Source: a virus
Taxonomy: Duplodnaviria > Caudoviricetes
Strand: one strand, 5' to 3'
Virus record (IMG/VR): IMGVR_UViG_3300005976_000001
Span: 1 to 59,662 of that record
DNA length: 59,662 nt
Part shown: piece by piece, positions 20,571-29,972 of the stretch
How the letters are laid out: each line of letters begins with the position of its first letter
Numbering within the stretch: position 1 is the stretch's first letter
The notes under the pieces: generated by a model
Told to the model about the DNA's origin: nothing
Databases searched by the model: none
The model's input: only the letters and a program-made list of their open reading frames with translations
Translations under genes and position numbers: made by a program

Positions 20571-22421
20571 TTAAGTATTAGGTTTCTTCCCAGATGATAT
20601 GGCCCAGTTCTTTCCTACACCTACCTCGTCTACTACTCCGTTTAGCACAGCACCTGGAAGTATGTGAGAAAAAGCCTTGACCATACAGTTCTTAATAAGC
20701 GGTCGTAGTATCTTCTTATCTTCTAACCTGCCCTCAACAGTCACATCATCATGCACACACAGAACCGGATGAGCATCTAACTTATGCTTTCTAATTTCCC
20801 GGTCAATTAAAATGATAGCTACCTTAATACACTCAGCAGCACCACCTTGTACTGGTGTATTCATGGCTGCACCATAGGTATTGTCGTGTGCGAGTTTTCG
20901 TACCTTTCCATATGGAGTGATAGCTTTTAGAGTTCGTTTTGCATTCTCGTGCTGAAGCATTTGCCATTCATACACGTCATCGTAGAGCTCTCTCCATTTA
21001 TCTATATCTTCTTCTGCTTGCTCTAGTGCTATATCTGCACCGTAACTCTTTTTAGCGTAGTGAACATAAGTCCCAGCAGCCATACCGAACACCAGCCCAA
21101 AGTTAAAGCCCTTGCCAGCTTTTCTCTGCTCATCAGTTATCTGGTCATACGGAAGTCCAGATACCTTTGCAGCTGTGATCTTATGAATATCTTTTCCATC
21201 TCTAAATGCTTGGAGCATAGCGTCATCCATCGAGAGCTCGGCTAGAACACGCAATTCAATTTGAGAGTAGTCAGCACTGTAAAGAACTTTCCCTTTAGCC
21301 GGTAGAAAGAGGCTTCTAAAGTCGTAATCGTTCGGTGCGTTTTGAAGGTTTGGAACAGCACAGCTCATTCTACCAGTTGCTGCACCTTCAAGCTTAAAAT
21401 TTGGATGCAGTCTTCCGGTTGCTTCATTTACTTTAGATCTAAGGCTTACTCCGTATCCAGATGAGAGCTTCTTATATTTCTGCATTGCAGCAAACGGAGC
21501 TACAAAGTCTAAGTAGCTAAAATCAGCTAGAGTATGAGCATCAGTTTTTAGTATTCCTTTACCTTCTGTCCGAGGCCAGTATCTCAAAGTTTTTGTATCT
21601 AGCTTGGACAGTAACCAGTCTGACATAGTTTGGTTTGTTACCTTGCTTAAACCTGTAATCTTTATAACTTCTTTTTTACATTCATACAGCTGCTCTCGCC
21701 ACAGATGAAGCATCTTGTTATGCTTATCTATATCAAATCCAATACCAGTCATCTTCATTGTGGTAATAGGAATCTGACATTTTTTTACAAGTTTATAAGG
21801 CTTTAATAAATTGTGATTCTTTAGGCCCTGGGCCAGTACTTCTGCTAGCTTTAACACTATGATTGCATCTACAGCTGCGTAATGTACCTGCTCATAAGTA
21901 AGGTCTGGTACACTCCAGTCTGACTTTTGAGCTTCTTTAGGAATCTTAAACTTTAAGAACCCATCTACTAAGCTTTCTAAATTAAGAGCTAGTCCCTTTA
22001 AATTAGGCCTAGCTGCCTGAAAAATCATAGTAGCCATTAGCAGTGTGCAGTTCATGTCGATATCATGAACCCCCATATTACGAAGAAAATTTAACTCAAA
22101 GACTGCCCAGTGAGCTACGAACTTATGGCGTTTCATAAATTCCACTAAGAAGTCAGGCTCACCTATATGGTTAAAGTCTAAAACTAAAATAGATTTACCA
22201 TTAGATAATTGAGCTAGCCGGGGAATAGAGTACTGCGGATAAGTAGCGGCTTTAGGTATGTGTTTATATTTAGGAAGGCTTTGAGTTTCAAAATCGAAAC
22301 CAAATAAGCAGTCTTGTTTATCGTACTGCTCAATAGCTTTTATAGCAGTAGTGCGATCTTTAATGTAAAGAGTAGGGTACTTCTCCCCTAAAACATCTAT
22401 TGAAAAAGTACCCTCTCTCAT
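20571..22421 (-). CDS. polA: Family A DNA polymerase with 3'-5' exonuclease
   Basis: DFET (ExoI), YAAVD (ExoIII), ATGRMSC..PNLQN, ADYSQIELRVLA (motif A), R..GK.FNFG (motif B), NTPVQG, VHD (motif C). Confidence 0.95.
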   Translation of the reverse strand: MREGTFSIDVLGEKYPTLYIKDRTTAIKAIEQYDKQDCLFGFDFETQSLPKYKHIPKAATYPQYSIPRLAQLSNGKSILVLDFNHIGEPDFLVEFMKRHKFVAHWAVFELNFLRNMGVHDIDMNCTLLMATMIFQAARPNLKGLALNLESLVDGFLKFKIPKEAQKSDWSVPDLTYEQVHYAAVDAIIVLKLAEVLAQGLKNHNLLKPYKLVKKCQIPITTMKMTGIGFDIDKHNKMLHLWREQLYECKKEVIKITGLSKVTNQTMSDWLLSKLDTKTLRYWPRTEGKGILKTDAHTLADFSYLDFVAPFAAMQKYKKLSSGYGVSLRSKVNEATGRLHPNFKLEGAATGRMSCAVPNLQNAPNDYDFRSLFLPAKGKVLYSADYSQIELRVLAELSMDDAMLQAFRDGKDIHKITAAKVSGLPYDQITDEQRKAGKGFNFGLVFGMAAGTYVHYAKKSYGADIALEQAEEDIDKWRELYDDVYEWQMLQHENAKRTLKAITPYGKVRKLAHDNTYGAAMNTPVQGGAAECIKVAIILIDREIRKHKLDAHPVLCVHDDVTVEGRLEDKKILRPLIKNCMVKAFSHILPGAVLNGVVDEVGVGKNWAISSGKKPNT

Positions 22422-23305
22422 TACAAGTCGTCTATAGCTACAGAGTTTAAGTCCTGGATGTCGTCATCATCGTCTTCATCCTCGTCTTCATCCTCCGCCT
22501 CTACTACTTCGACCTTCTGTTTGGCTTTAGCTTTTTTAGAAGTAGTCTTTTTCTTAACTACTTCTTTAGGAGCTTCTTCCTCTTCATCGTCTTCATCTTC
22601 ATCATCTTCTACCTCATCTTCATCTACCTCTTGAACAGCCTTTTTCTTCTTAGAGGTAACAGGAGTAAGCATCGACGCATAAGATTCAGGGCTAGCTCCA
22701 CCGGCAAAACGAGTACCGTCATCCTCAATAAACTGTATGATACGTGCTTTATAGCTTACACCGTGTGAAGTAAGCATAGGAGTTACAACCGCTGCAACTT
22801 CTACTCCTCCCACAATAACTGATGGATCGATTTGCTCTGTAGGGTCTTCCGGAGAGACGCACCGGATAGGTTTATAGCTCCGAACATTTAGTAACCACTT
22901 ATTCTCATAGAATGGATATTTTTCTGGGTCAAATCTATCAGAATCATCACCGTCTAAGAAAACATCTTCTACAGAAAGCTTTGTGCCTTTACCCTTATTA
23001 AAAAGTTCTTCCATCTGTTCAGCCATCTTTTCGATGTAGTCTTTGAACTTTTCTACAGTTGGGTCATCCTTATCTAATAAGTGAACATACTCGTATCGTG
23101 GAGCACCCGGCTCTTTGTCTGGGTCGTCACTCGGTGGTGGGTCTTTCGGCTCTACTAAGTACACAAAAGCTGCACGACCGGCAGGAATCGGAACATCCTC
23201 TCCATACACATGTCCATACTTTCTGTGTTTAGATACTCTAAACTCTAGCTTCTTAGCTGGAGCTTTTGCTGCTTTTTTTGCTTCTGACAGTTTTTTCTTT
23301 TTCAT
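22421..23305 (-). CDS. Single-stranded DNA-binding protein (T7 gp2.5/DUF2815-like)
   Basis: GRAAFVYLVEP...Y...LL.K, DGD, GVSY...IQF..D and a very acidic C-terminal tail; lies between nuclease and polymerase. Confidence 0.75.
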   Translation of the reverse strand: MKKKKLSEAKKAAKAPAKKLEFRVSKHRKYGHVYGEDVPIPAGRAAFVYLVEPKDPPPSDDPDKEPGAPRYEYVHLLDKDDPTVEKFKDYIEKMAEQMEELFNKGKGTKLSVEDVFLDGDDSDRFDPEKYPFYENKWLLNVRSYKPIRCVSPEDPTEQIDPSVIVGGVEVAAVVTPMLTSHGVSYKARIIQFIEDDGTRFAGGASPESYASMLTPVTSKKKKAVQEVDEDEVEDDEDEDDEEEEAPKEVVKKKTTSKKAKAKQKVEVVEAEDEDEDEDDDDDIQDLNSVAIDDL

Positions 23306-24548
23306 CTGGTTTTTCCTTATTAGGTTTTTTAGTTAGTAAATCAGCAGGTGTTGTAGCTTCTGGTCTTGGGTCAGCAGCTGAAACAAGTGCTACAGTTGGA
23401 GCACCCGGTAAGATATACGGAGCCATCACATCTTTTCCGACAATAGCTTCTAGCTTGGTCATGGCTTTTAGTTTTTTATCATAGAGCTTCTCTTTCGGAA
23501 TTCCCTGTAGACTAAGCCCTTGTACTATCTCATCCTGGTCATCAATTAAGCTTCTGCGTCCTGACTTTTCTACCAGCTTTAGAAGCGGTAGAGGGTCGTT
23601 ATTTAAGTGTCTATCCATTGCATATGATTTGTGCTTATTAACCCAGTTGACTATCTCTTCTGAGTACAGAACTATCTTTGCTACTTCCTCATCAGTCCTG
23701 GATTCGGGTGCCGGTAATTGAATTTTTGAGGGGTCTTCTATCTTCTTTAGCCCAGTTATCTTAACTATTTCTTTTTTATATTCCGGACAGATTGCTTTTG
23801 CACTACAAAACCGGCACCAATCTCCAACTTTAAACTTAGCTTCTTTTTCAATATAAATTTTATGGGCGGTATCTAGTATTTTTTCTTCTAGTCTATCTAA
23901 CTGCTTTGCTGTAAATTTAAACTCTTCTGGTTGCTCTTCATCTTCAAGAGTACCCTGGAATATTCTCCCAATTACATAGTCTAAATCTTTTCCGAACCCC
24001 CTAATATAGTTTCTAAGACCGAGTGCATAGTAGCCTAGTTGAGGATTGTTGTTCGGATTTACTTTAACCCACCCAGATTTTAAATCTGTGATATCTCCCA
24101 CCCGCTCTCCTTTGTCTCCTTTGTATACTGTCCAGAAGTCTGCTTTTCCAAATAGATTTAAGTTTTTATGTAGCCAGAATTTAGTCTCAGTTCCGTACGC
24201 TTTTCCGGTTAGGTACTCTTGAAGTGGCACTCTCCATATAAAGTCAGTGTACCTTTTAGCAATTAGTACTGCATCATCGGAGTCGCTGCTGACTCCTTTA
24301 AACTTCATTCTTTTCTTTGGGTCTTTTCCGGTTCGCTTATATGTAAGAAAGTCATTTAGATACACTTCTGAAAAGTCGTGTATTAAAGAGCCTGAGTCTC
24401 TATTTTTATCTTTAGTTTTTTCTTGTGGAATTTTTCGTTTGAGAAATATAGACCCGGTACACTTAAATGCTACACCAATTACTGATCCACCTAGTTCTGA
24501 GTGTTCTTCGTTATTGTAAGCAGGGAGGAGCTCTTGTTTGTCTGACAT
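23253..24548 (-). CDS. Cas4-like PD-(D/E)XK exonuclease (DUF2800-type)
   Basis: HSELGGS...C.GS, G..IH, E, GKAD, DLKSG, NPQL..YALG, GDWCRFC..K..CP. Confidence 0.8.
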   Translation of the reverse strand: MSDKQELLPAYNNEEHSELGGSVIGVAFKCTGSIFLKRKIPQEKTKDKNRDSGSLIHDFSEVYLNDFLTYKRTGKDPKKRMKFKGVSSDSDDAVLIAKRYTDFIWRVPLQEYLTGKAYGTETKFWLHKNLNLFGKADFWTVYKGDKGERVGDITDLKSGWVKVNPNNNPQLGYYALGLRNYIRGFGKDLDYVIGRIFQGTLEDEEQPEEFKFTAKQLDRLEEKILDTAHKIYIEKEAKFKVGDWCRFCSAKAICPEYKKEIVKITGLKKIEDPSKIQLPAPESRTDEEVAKIVLYSEEIVNWVNKHKSYAMDRHLNNDPLPLLKLVEKSGRRSLIDDQDEIVQGLSLQGIPKEKLYDKKLKAMTKLEAIVGKDVMAPYILPGAPTVALVSAADPRPEATTPADLLTKKPNKEKPDEKEKTVRSKKSSKSSS

Positions 24549-24626
24549 GCTTTAGTTTTCTAGTTTGTAGTTGGTTTAGTAATTAGAAGTTCTATTACAA
24601 ACCAAGTGTGCCGTCAACTAAAAAAC

Positions 24627-25520
24627 TCACCATCCCCATGCTAGATTTAAGCTACCGAAACTATGAGAACTTCCCTGCTCCCACTCTTTTGTAGCTCTGT
24701 TCCAGATATAAACAAGACGGTATCCTTTGTACTCTAAGAAGGCTCCAAGATGTAACTCAGTGATAGCTCTCTCGGAACCAGGTTGCGGGTACTGATGATT
24801 ACTCCTAAAAAAGCTTCCATCAAATAATACATTATGCCCTACTATCTTATATGTAGTGCCTGTAAACAGAAAGAATCTAAAAGGACTACCCGGAGAGTCC
24901 ACTTGAATTGATTGCGGTGTGAATGTTTTTGGTAAGTTTACTCCTATCCGGTATAGTACTCTCCCACTTACCTGCATGATATCTGTTCCAATGTCTGCTC
25001 TAGCAGATGTAATTACATCCCCATTATAGTTACCAATACTAACCGGAACAGATAAGAATTGCCTCTCTGCTAGCCCTGCAATCACCGGCTCGTCTTTAAG
25101 TTGAGTTCCCCACCCTCTTGGGTCAGTGCCTAAGCCTATATCATTATGAACAAACTTTTGAACATCTTCTCCTTTAGCACATGGTCCGATGCACCCTACT
25201 CTAATACCCCACTGGTCTATTTTATTGTCTTTAGTATAGTACTTTTGGTACGTACCAGTGAGAGATGCTGCGTACCCTCTATCTCCTGGTTCCGGCTCGT
25301 CTGTTCTTAAGTTATCCGGAGTATACATCTTATGAGCTATAGCGTAACTCTCAGATACTGATTCTGTTATATCCTTACCGGCCCGAACAATGAGGCCTTG
25401 AGTATAATTAGCGTCTTTATTCTTATCTACTTTAAAGAAGTCATTTTCTTCGTAGATGTCATACCTGTACCCGGAACAAGCAGCCAGACTACACAGTAAT
25501 ACTATTAAAAAAGTCTTCAT
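24627..25520 (-). CDS. lpxR: LpxR-family lipid A 3'-O-deacylase (outer-membrane beta-barrel, DUF2219)
   Basis: Family motifs in order: END..., D..YTQG, MYTP, DR.YA, G.IGP.A.GE.VQ..VH, P.GW..Q, N..FDG, E...H.FGS; C-terminal aromatic residue; N-terminal signal peptide. Confidence 0.8.
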   Translation of the reverse strand: MKTFLIVLLCSLAACSGYRYDIYEENDFFKVDKNKDANYTQGLIVRAGKDITESVSESYAIAHKMYTPDNLRTDEPEPGDRGYAASLTGTYQKYYTKDNKIDQWGIRVGCIGPCAKGEDVQKFVHNDIGLGTDPRGWGTQLKDEPVIAGLAERQFLSVPVSIGNYNGDVITSARADIGTDIMQVSGRVLYRIGVNLPKTFTPQSIQVDSPGSPFRFFLFTGTTYKIVGHNVLFDGSFFRSNHQYPQPGSERAITELHLGAFLEYKGYRLVYIWNRATKEWEQGSSHSFGSLNLAWGW

Positions 25521-26253
25521 GCCCTTTTACCCATGTCTCCCATGTAGGTACATTCGACAAGTCAAAGAGAACCTGTCTCAAATCACGAACGTCACCTTTC
25601 TTGTATTTTACTACAGGATACTCCCAACACCACCCCACATCTGGTGCTATTACAGGAACACCCATTGAAAGGGCTTCCACAACCGGGACAGGTCCTCCCT
25701 CACATGTCGATGTAACAACTAAATAATCAATTTTATTATAAAAGTTCTCTAGCTCGGATTGCTTTTGAGAGTGTATTTCACACGGCCAGCCCTTCCCCCA
25801 CGCCAAGAACTTATATTCTCCCATTAACTGCTCTACAAAAGCTTCTCCTTTTCGTCCTGATTGAGTATGTACTTTACCGCATACCCCGAACACTAAATCT
25901 TTTTTAAATCTGCTTCCAGGCTTAATAACATGAGCGTTTTTCTTTCTCTTAAACAAATCTTTCTGAGTAGTTGAGTTCATACAAATATGATAGTCACAGT
26001 ACTCTACTACTTCTATAAATTTTCTCTTCTTTTTCTTACAAAAATCACTACTCCCTGTTTCCAAGTGTGTAAAGAATCCTACTTTTATTTTAGCTTTAGA
26101 GGATTTAGCACAGGTGTACGGTAAGAAGTATTCAATGTCGCAGTCCGGGTTGTCTATGTTCACGTTAGAGAAAGCCTTTGTAAGCTCTAAAGCGCACCGC
26201 TTCATGATCCAGTTATGTGATTCTGTCTTAAGAGATATTTTTAGATGATCCAT
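25489..26253 (-). CDS. GT-B fold glycosyltransferase (GT4-like)
   Basis: RKG, FY..ID, S..EGGPVPVVEALSMGVPVI..DVG (E-X7-E motif). Confidence 0.85.
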   Translation of the reverse strand: MDHLKISLKTESHNWIMKRCALELTKAFSNVNIDNPDCDIEYFLPYTCAKSSKAKIKVGFFTHLETGSSDFCKKKKRKFIEVVEYCDYHICMNSTTQKDLFKRKKNAHVIKPGSRFKKDLVFGVCGKVHTQSGRKGEAFVEQLMGEYKFLAWGKGWPCEIHSQKQSELENFYNKIDYLVVTSTCEGGPVPVVEALSMGVPVIAPDVGWCWEYPVVKYKKGDVRDLRQVLFDLSNVPTWETWVKGHEDFFNSITV

Positions 26254-27068
26254 TAGTACTTATTCCCATTACAGTAGTAGTCCACCATCTGACAGAAATA
26301 AGTATTAGCGGGTTGTAGGTCGTTGTTAATTATATGGTAGCCCTTTAGAACTATTTCTGGTATCTGGTCACAGTACTTATTGTAGTCATCTTTATAGTCC
26401 TCGTCTCTAATGCTTCTAAATCTACCTAAGTGTAGACCGTGAAAGTATAGCTCCTCTCTCCAGCTACTGCTCCGTTCCGGTAATCCAATACCGGCTTGCA
26501 CTACCATATCGTACAGTGAGTACTCACAGCTCATCTTCGGATTAGCTATTGCTTTCTCTAAGATAGCCTCTTTATTCTTCTCTATAACTGGTCCTACTGT
26601 TTTGTACCAGTTCTCTGAATCGTAAAAATGTAACCCACCTAATCTGTTTTCTGGGTGCTTTAATACGTTGTGGTAGTACAGCCCTCTTTTTACCATATGC
26701 TCTACATGCATTGAAACCAGCGGATGAGTAGACGTAATCTCAGCCGGGTCTTCTTTGCATATTATTATATCAATGTCACCTACATAGATGTATTTAAAGT
26801 CATCATACAGTTCAGGACGGTGTACCCATCTCTGAGTCTTTACGTAGTTTTTGTTTCCGGGAACTCTAGGAAACGCATTGCTTATAATTGCTACATTTTT
26901 AGCATTTATCTCTACAAGAGCTTTCTCTACTCTACTATCAACAGAGCAATCAAGAGATAGAATTATCTTAGAGTGTGGGTACACTCTATTTATCCCAAGT
27001 ACGTACCACGGAATAAACGATTGATATTCTTTACTAACACAAGTTGCAAAAGCCAGTAGTTCTCTCAT
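26253..27068 (-). CDS. GT-A fold glycosyltransferase-like protein
   Basis: YIYVGDIDII (DxD), RLGGLHF, HGLHLG; lies in the GT cluster. Confidence 0.6.
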   Translation of the reverse strand: MRELLAFATCVSKEYQSFIPWYVLGINRVYPHSKIILSLDCSVDSRVEKALVEINAKNVAIISNAFPRVPGNKNYVKTQRWVHRPELYDDFKYIYVGDIDIIICKEDPAEITSTHPLVSMHVEHMVKRGLYYHNVLKHPENRLGGLHFYDSENWYKTVGPVIEKNKEAILEKAIANPKMSCEYSLYDMVVQAGIGLPERSSSWREELYFHGLHLGRFRSIRDEDYKDDYNKYCDQIPEIVLKGYHIINNDLQPANTYFCQMVDYYCNGNKY

Positions 27069-27769
27069 TCTTTTTCCTTTTCGTATGCCCTAAGTGGGCC
27101 AAGCCATGCTCGTCTCAGCCAGCTGTGCCTTACATTCCAAGGCTTATACTTTCCGTGAAACATAATTACACAGCAGTTTCTTGGTGGTTTGCGTCTTCTT
27201 TTTATATCTAAGCTGTAAGAGTAGATACCCTCTTCTTTGCCCCAGGTAGTTTCCCCTTCTCCTAGCCTATAGCTAATCCACGCCTGGTCTGTGCCGGGAA
27301 ACTCTTTTGCCTCTTCTCTAGACTCTTGTCCTTTAAAATCTCTCCAGAGTTGAGTGCGTGTGCCAGTCTTATGTAGTATCAATCCTCCCTGATAACGTAC
27401 TGTAGAGCCCTTATTCCACGCTATAAATTCTTCTTCTCTAGTTAGTAGGTGATCGATATTTCTAAAGATGACAACATCTAAATCTATCATTAGTACTTTA
27501 GAGCCAAATAACTTGGTTGCTAAGTGAGAAAATATTTCTAATCTTCTGTAGCAGTTTAAGTATAGACCATCCCCTAACTCTATGTCACTCCACGTACCCC
27601 ATAGTGGAAGAATCTCACCATACTTAACACCAGTCGGGTCATCAGTCACACAGATAAATCTAAACGGCACTGTCGTATGCTTTTTAAGCATACAGTACAA
27701 AGCATTTACGTGCTCTGAAGTGTACTCTCTAAAGTCAGACTTCCATTTAAAAGTTACTATTGTTATCAC
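27065..27769 (-). CDS. GT-A fold glycosyltransferase (GT8-like, phage type)
   Basis: KW, F.C.TDD, IDLDVVI (DxD), GTDQAWI, FHGK.KPW. Confidence 0.8.
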   Translation of the reverse strand: MITIVTFKWKSDFREYTSEHVNALYCMLKKHTTVPFRFICVTDDPTGVKYGEILPLWGTWSDIELGDGLYLNCYRRLEIFSHLATKLFGSKVLMIDLDVVIFRNIDHLLTREEEFIAWNKGSTVRYQGGLILHKTGTRTQLWRDFKGQESREEAKEFPGTDQAWISYRLGEGETTWGKEEGIYSYSLDIKRRRKPPRNCCVIMFHGKYKPWNVRHSWLRRAWLGPLRAYEKEKE

Positions 27770-28010
27770 TCTTTAATATCTTTTCTAAAGTAGATCCACT
27801 GGTTACATAAAACTCATCTGGGATTTTCTCGTGCATGTGCTTGACTACCATCTCCATCATTTCTCTAAATCTAGTAGTATCAAACGTCTCATCAACAATA
27901 ACTATATCTCTGTTTGTTCTCCAGAGGTTTTTACCTACATCGAAATAAGTAGTAGTCGAGAGTGCGGCTACTCCGATACTTAAGTTTCTAATAAACTGCC
28001 TACGGTCCAT
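27747..28010 (-). CDS. Small protein with twin-arginine (Tat) signal-like N-terminus
   Basis: MDRRQFIRNLSIGVAAL fits S/T/D-R-R-x-F-L/I. Confidence 0.6.
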   Translation of the reverse strand: MDRRQFIRNLSIGVAALSTTTYFDVGKNLWRTNRDIVIVDETFDTTRFREMMEMVVKHMHEKIPDEFYVTSGSTLEKILKSDNNSNF

Positions 28011-28324
28011 TAAAACCCCTGCTCTCTTCCGCAGTTAACGCACATTACAAATTTCTGAGTCACTATAAAGAACACACCACCACACTGGCACTCCCATATA
28101 GGAACATCTTCTGGGGGAGCAAAGAAGTTTTTAAATGTTCCAAAGTTTAGATGGCACTTTGGGCACTCAAAAACTTCCGAGTCACTCTCTACCGGGCGAA
28201 CTGCATGCCACTCGTGCTTACACTTCATACAAACTGCTTTGCCTTCTGCGTGTGGTTCTGTTTCTTGTTGTTCGTCTTTTTTAAAAGGAAGAACTTTGCA
28301 ATCTTTATCTTCCATTATCTGCAC
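28010..28324 (-). CDS. Zinc-ribbon protein
   Basis: CMKC, CPKC, CQC, CVNC. Confidence 0.65.
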   Translation of the reverse strand: MQIMEDKDCKVLPFKKDEQQETEPHAEGKAVCMKCKHEWHAVRPVESDSEVFECPKCHLNFGTFKNFFAPPEDVPIWECQCGGVFFIVTQKFVMCVNCGREQGF

Positions 28325-29655
28325 TTACAATTTGTTTGTTCTCTTAGTAGTCGTCTGCACTTTCTAGGTCTTGGCTCTCCTCTACAAGATGAGCGTATAC
28401 TTACAAATTCGTCCCACCTGCATGGCTCTGGTAGAGTCCACCCGGAACTATCAGCTGCAACCATGTTCTTATTTACTACCAGTCTGTCTCGGATATCACT
28501 AGAGCTTTTATCTGGTTCATGGCTCCATAGATAGGCTGCAATCCCTGCTACAAGTGGTGTTGCCATACTGGTTCCAGATATAGACCTATATCCGTTATCG
28601 TGCCAGGTGGATAACATATTAGTTCCCGGTGCAAACACATGAACAGGTTTGCCATAGTTTGAGAAATAAGCTCTCTTACCATTTTCTTTGTTCGCTCCTA
28701 CTGTGATAGCAGAACTGCCGCTAAACTTTGCTGGCCAGTAGGACTTGTGGTCTAAGTTTAGATTAGAGTTTCCAGCTGCAATAGCTGCTAGGATACCTTG
28801 CTCTCCTGACTCTTCTAATGCGTCCTCAAGCGGTTTGGAGTATCCAGCAGAACCAAATGATGCGTTTAGTATTACTCGTTGTTCCGGGTTTTGCTGTGCC
28901 CAGGCTGTTACCCAATCAATAGACTTTACAGCTCCTAGAGTTGACCCGGACCCATTAGCTGCTAAGAACTTTACAGGCAATACTGGGATACCAAGTGATG
29001 GGCTCTGAATCCCTACATCATTACCGGTAGTAGCACAGCATAGTCCTGCAACGTGTGTTCCGTGCCCGTTGTCATCGTGCCATGTAGTTCCACTTACAAA
29101 TGACTTACCTGGCAATACATTTAAATCGGGGTGGTTTGGTGCTACTCCGGTATCTACCACTGCAACAACTACTTTTCCTGCACCTTGTCCGTGTCTCCAC
29201 ATCTTAGCCACATTTACAGCGTCTAAGTACCACTGCTGAGCTCTTAATGGTCCTTCTGTTTTATAGAAAATGTTCGGCCCACAAGACACGCTATCAGATT
29301 GTACTACCGGGCAATCAGCTAATGTGCTCATTTCATCTATTACAGATAGTGACCTGTGAGTATTTTCTTGCTCGCTGTCTAGTACTCTTCCATCTTTAGT
29401 CACCAGGTACGTTCCGGGAGAATGGACGGTGGTTGCTTGTTGGGTAGGTCCACCTGGGCAGAACTTATTTTTATTCTCTTCTGTGAGATTAGAATAAGAT
29501 GTACCGTAACAGGGGCTATAGACTTGCCACTGGCCTTTTGCTCTTACGACATACTCGTTTTCATAGACTATAGTTTCTGCACTAGCGTAGAAAGCACAAG
29601 TAAATGCTACAAGAAGAGATACGACTAAGGCACAGTAGAATGTAGATAGTTTCAT
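28315..29655 (-). CDS. Secreted subtilisin-like S8 serine protease
   Basis: Catalytic triad motifs VVDTG, HGTHVAG and GTSMATP; oxyanion AAGN; N-terminal Sec signal (ASA cleavage) and prodomain. Confidence 0.95.
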   Translation of the reverse strand: MKLSTFYCALVVSLLVAFTCAFYASAETIVYENEYVVRAKGQWQVYSPCYGTSYSNLTEENKNKFCPGGPTQQATTVHSPGTYLVTKDGRVLDSEQENTHRSLSVIDEMSTLADCPVVQSDSVSCGPNIFYKTEGPLRAQQWYLDAVNVAKMWRHGQGAGKVVVAVVDTGVAPNHPDLNVLPGKSFVSGTTWHDDNGHGTHVAGLCCATTGNDVGIQSPSLGIPVLPVKFLAANGSGSTLGAVKSIDWVTAWAQQNPEQRVILNASFGSAGYSKPLEDALEESGEQGILAAIAAGNSNLNLDHKSYWPAKFSGSSAITVGANKENGKRAYFSNYGKPVHVFAPGTNMLSTWHDNGYRSISGTSMATPLVAGIAAYLWSHEPDKSSSDIRDRLVVNKNMVAADSSGWTLPEPCRWDEFVSIRSSCRGEPRPRKCRRLLREQTNCKCR

Positions 29656-29922
29656 TTATTCTCCTTCATATGGTTCTGGTTCTATATATGCTGCGTATGC
29701 TATGAATTTATGAGTTCTTGGGATACCATAACCTTGCTCATCTTCAAACCCTGAATCAGAACCTCTCCAGTACAGGGAGTCAACATACCTATTTCCTTTC
29801 AAGTCCTCACAAGTCACCCAAAATCGCTCTCCAATATTAATCTTATCATCTGTCGGTAGTTCGTTTAGTTCCCAGCTATACCATAAACTCTTTTTAATTT
29901 TTAATTTTTGTTTTCTGCCCAT
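29656..29922 (-). CDS. Hypothetical protein (DUF551-like pattern)
   Basis: W....LP...WVT...AY...PEPY pattern; AAGGA RBS. Confidence 0.5.
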   Translation of the reverse strand: MGRKQKLKIKKSLWYSWELNELPTDDKINIGERFWVTCEDLKGNRYVDSLYWRGSDSGFEDEQGYGIPRTHKFIAYAAYIEPEPYEGE

Positions 29923-29972
29923 TGTTTTTCCTTTTCTAAAAGCCCCACCCGGCTAAAGGCAGGGGTAAGGGT

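Noticed and set aside
23253-24548. Cas4-like nuclease as evidence of CRISPR-Cas
   Set aside because: The nuclease-SSB-PolA order is a standard phage replication module.
25489-27769. Glycosyltransferases as a DNA hypermodification system
   Set aside because: No hydroxymethylase, TET/JBP, methyltransferase or nucleotide kinase partner was recognised, and linkage to lpxR favours envelope or virion glycans; not fully excluded.
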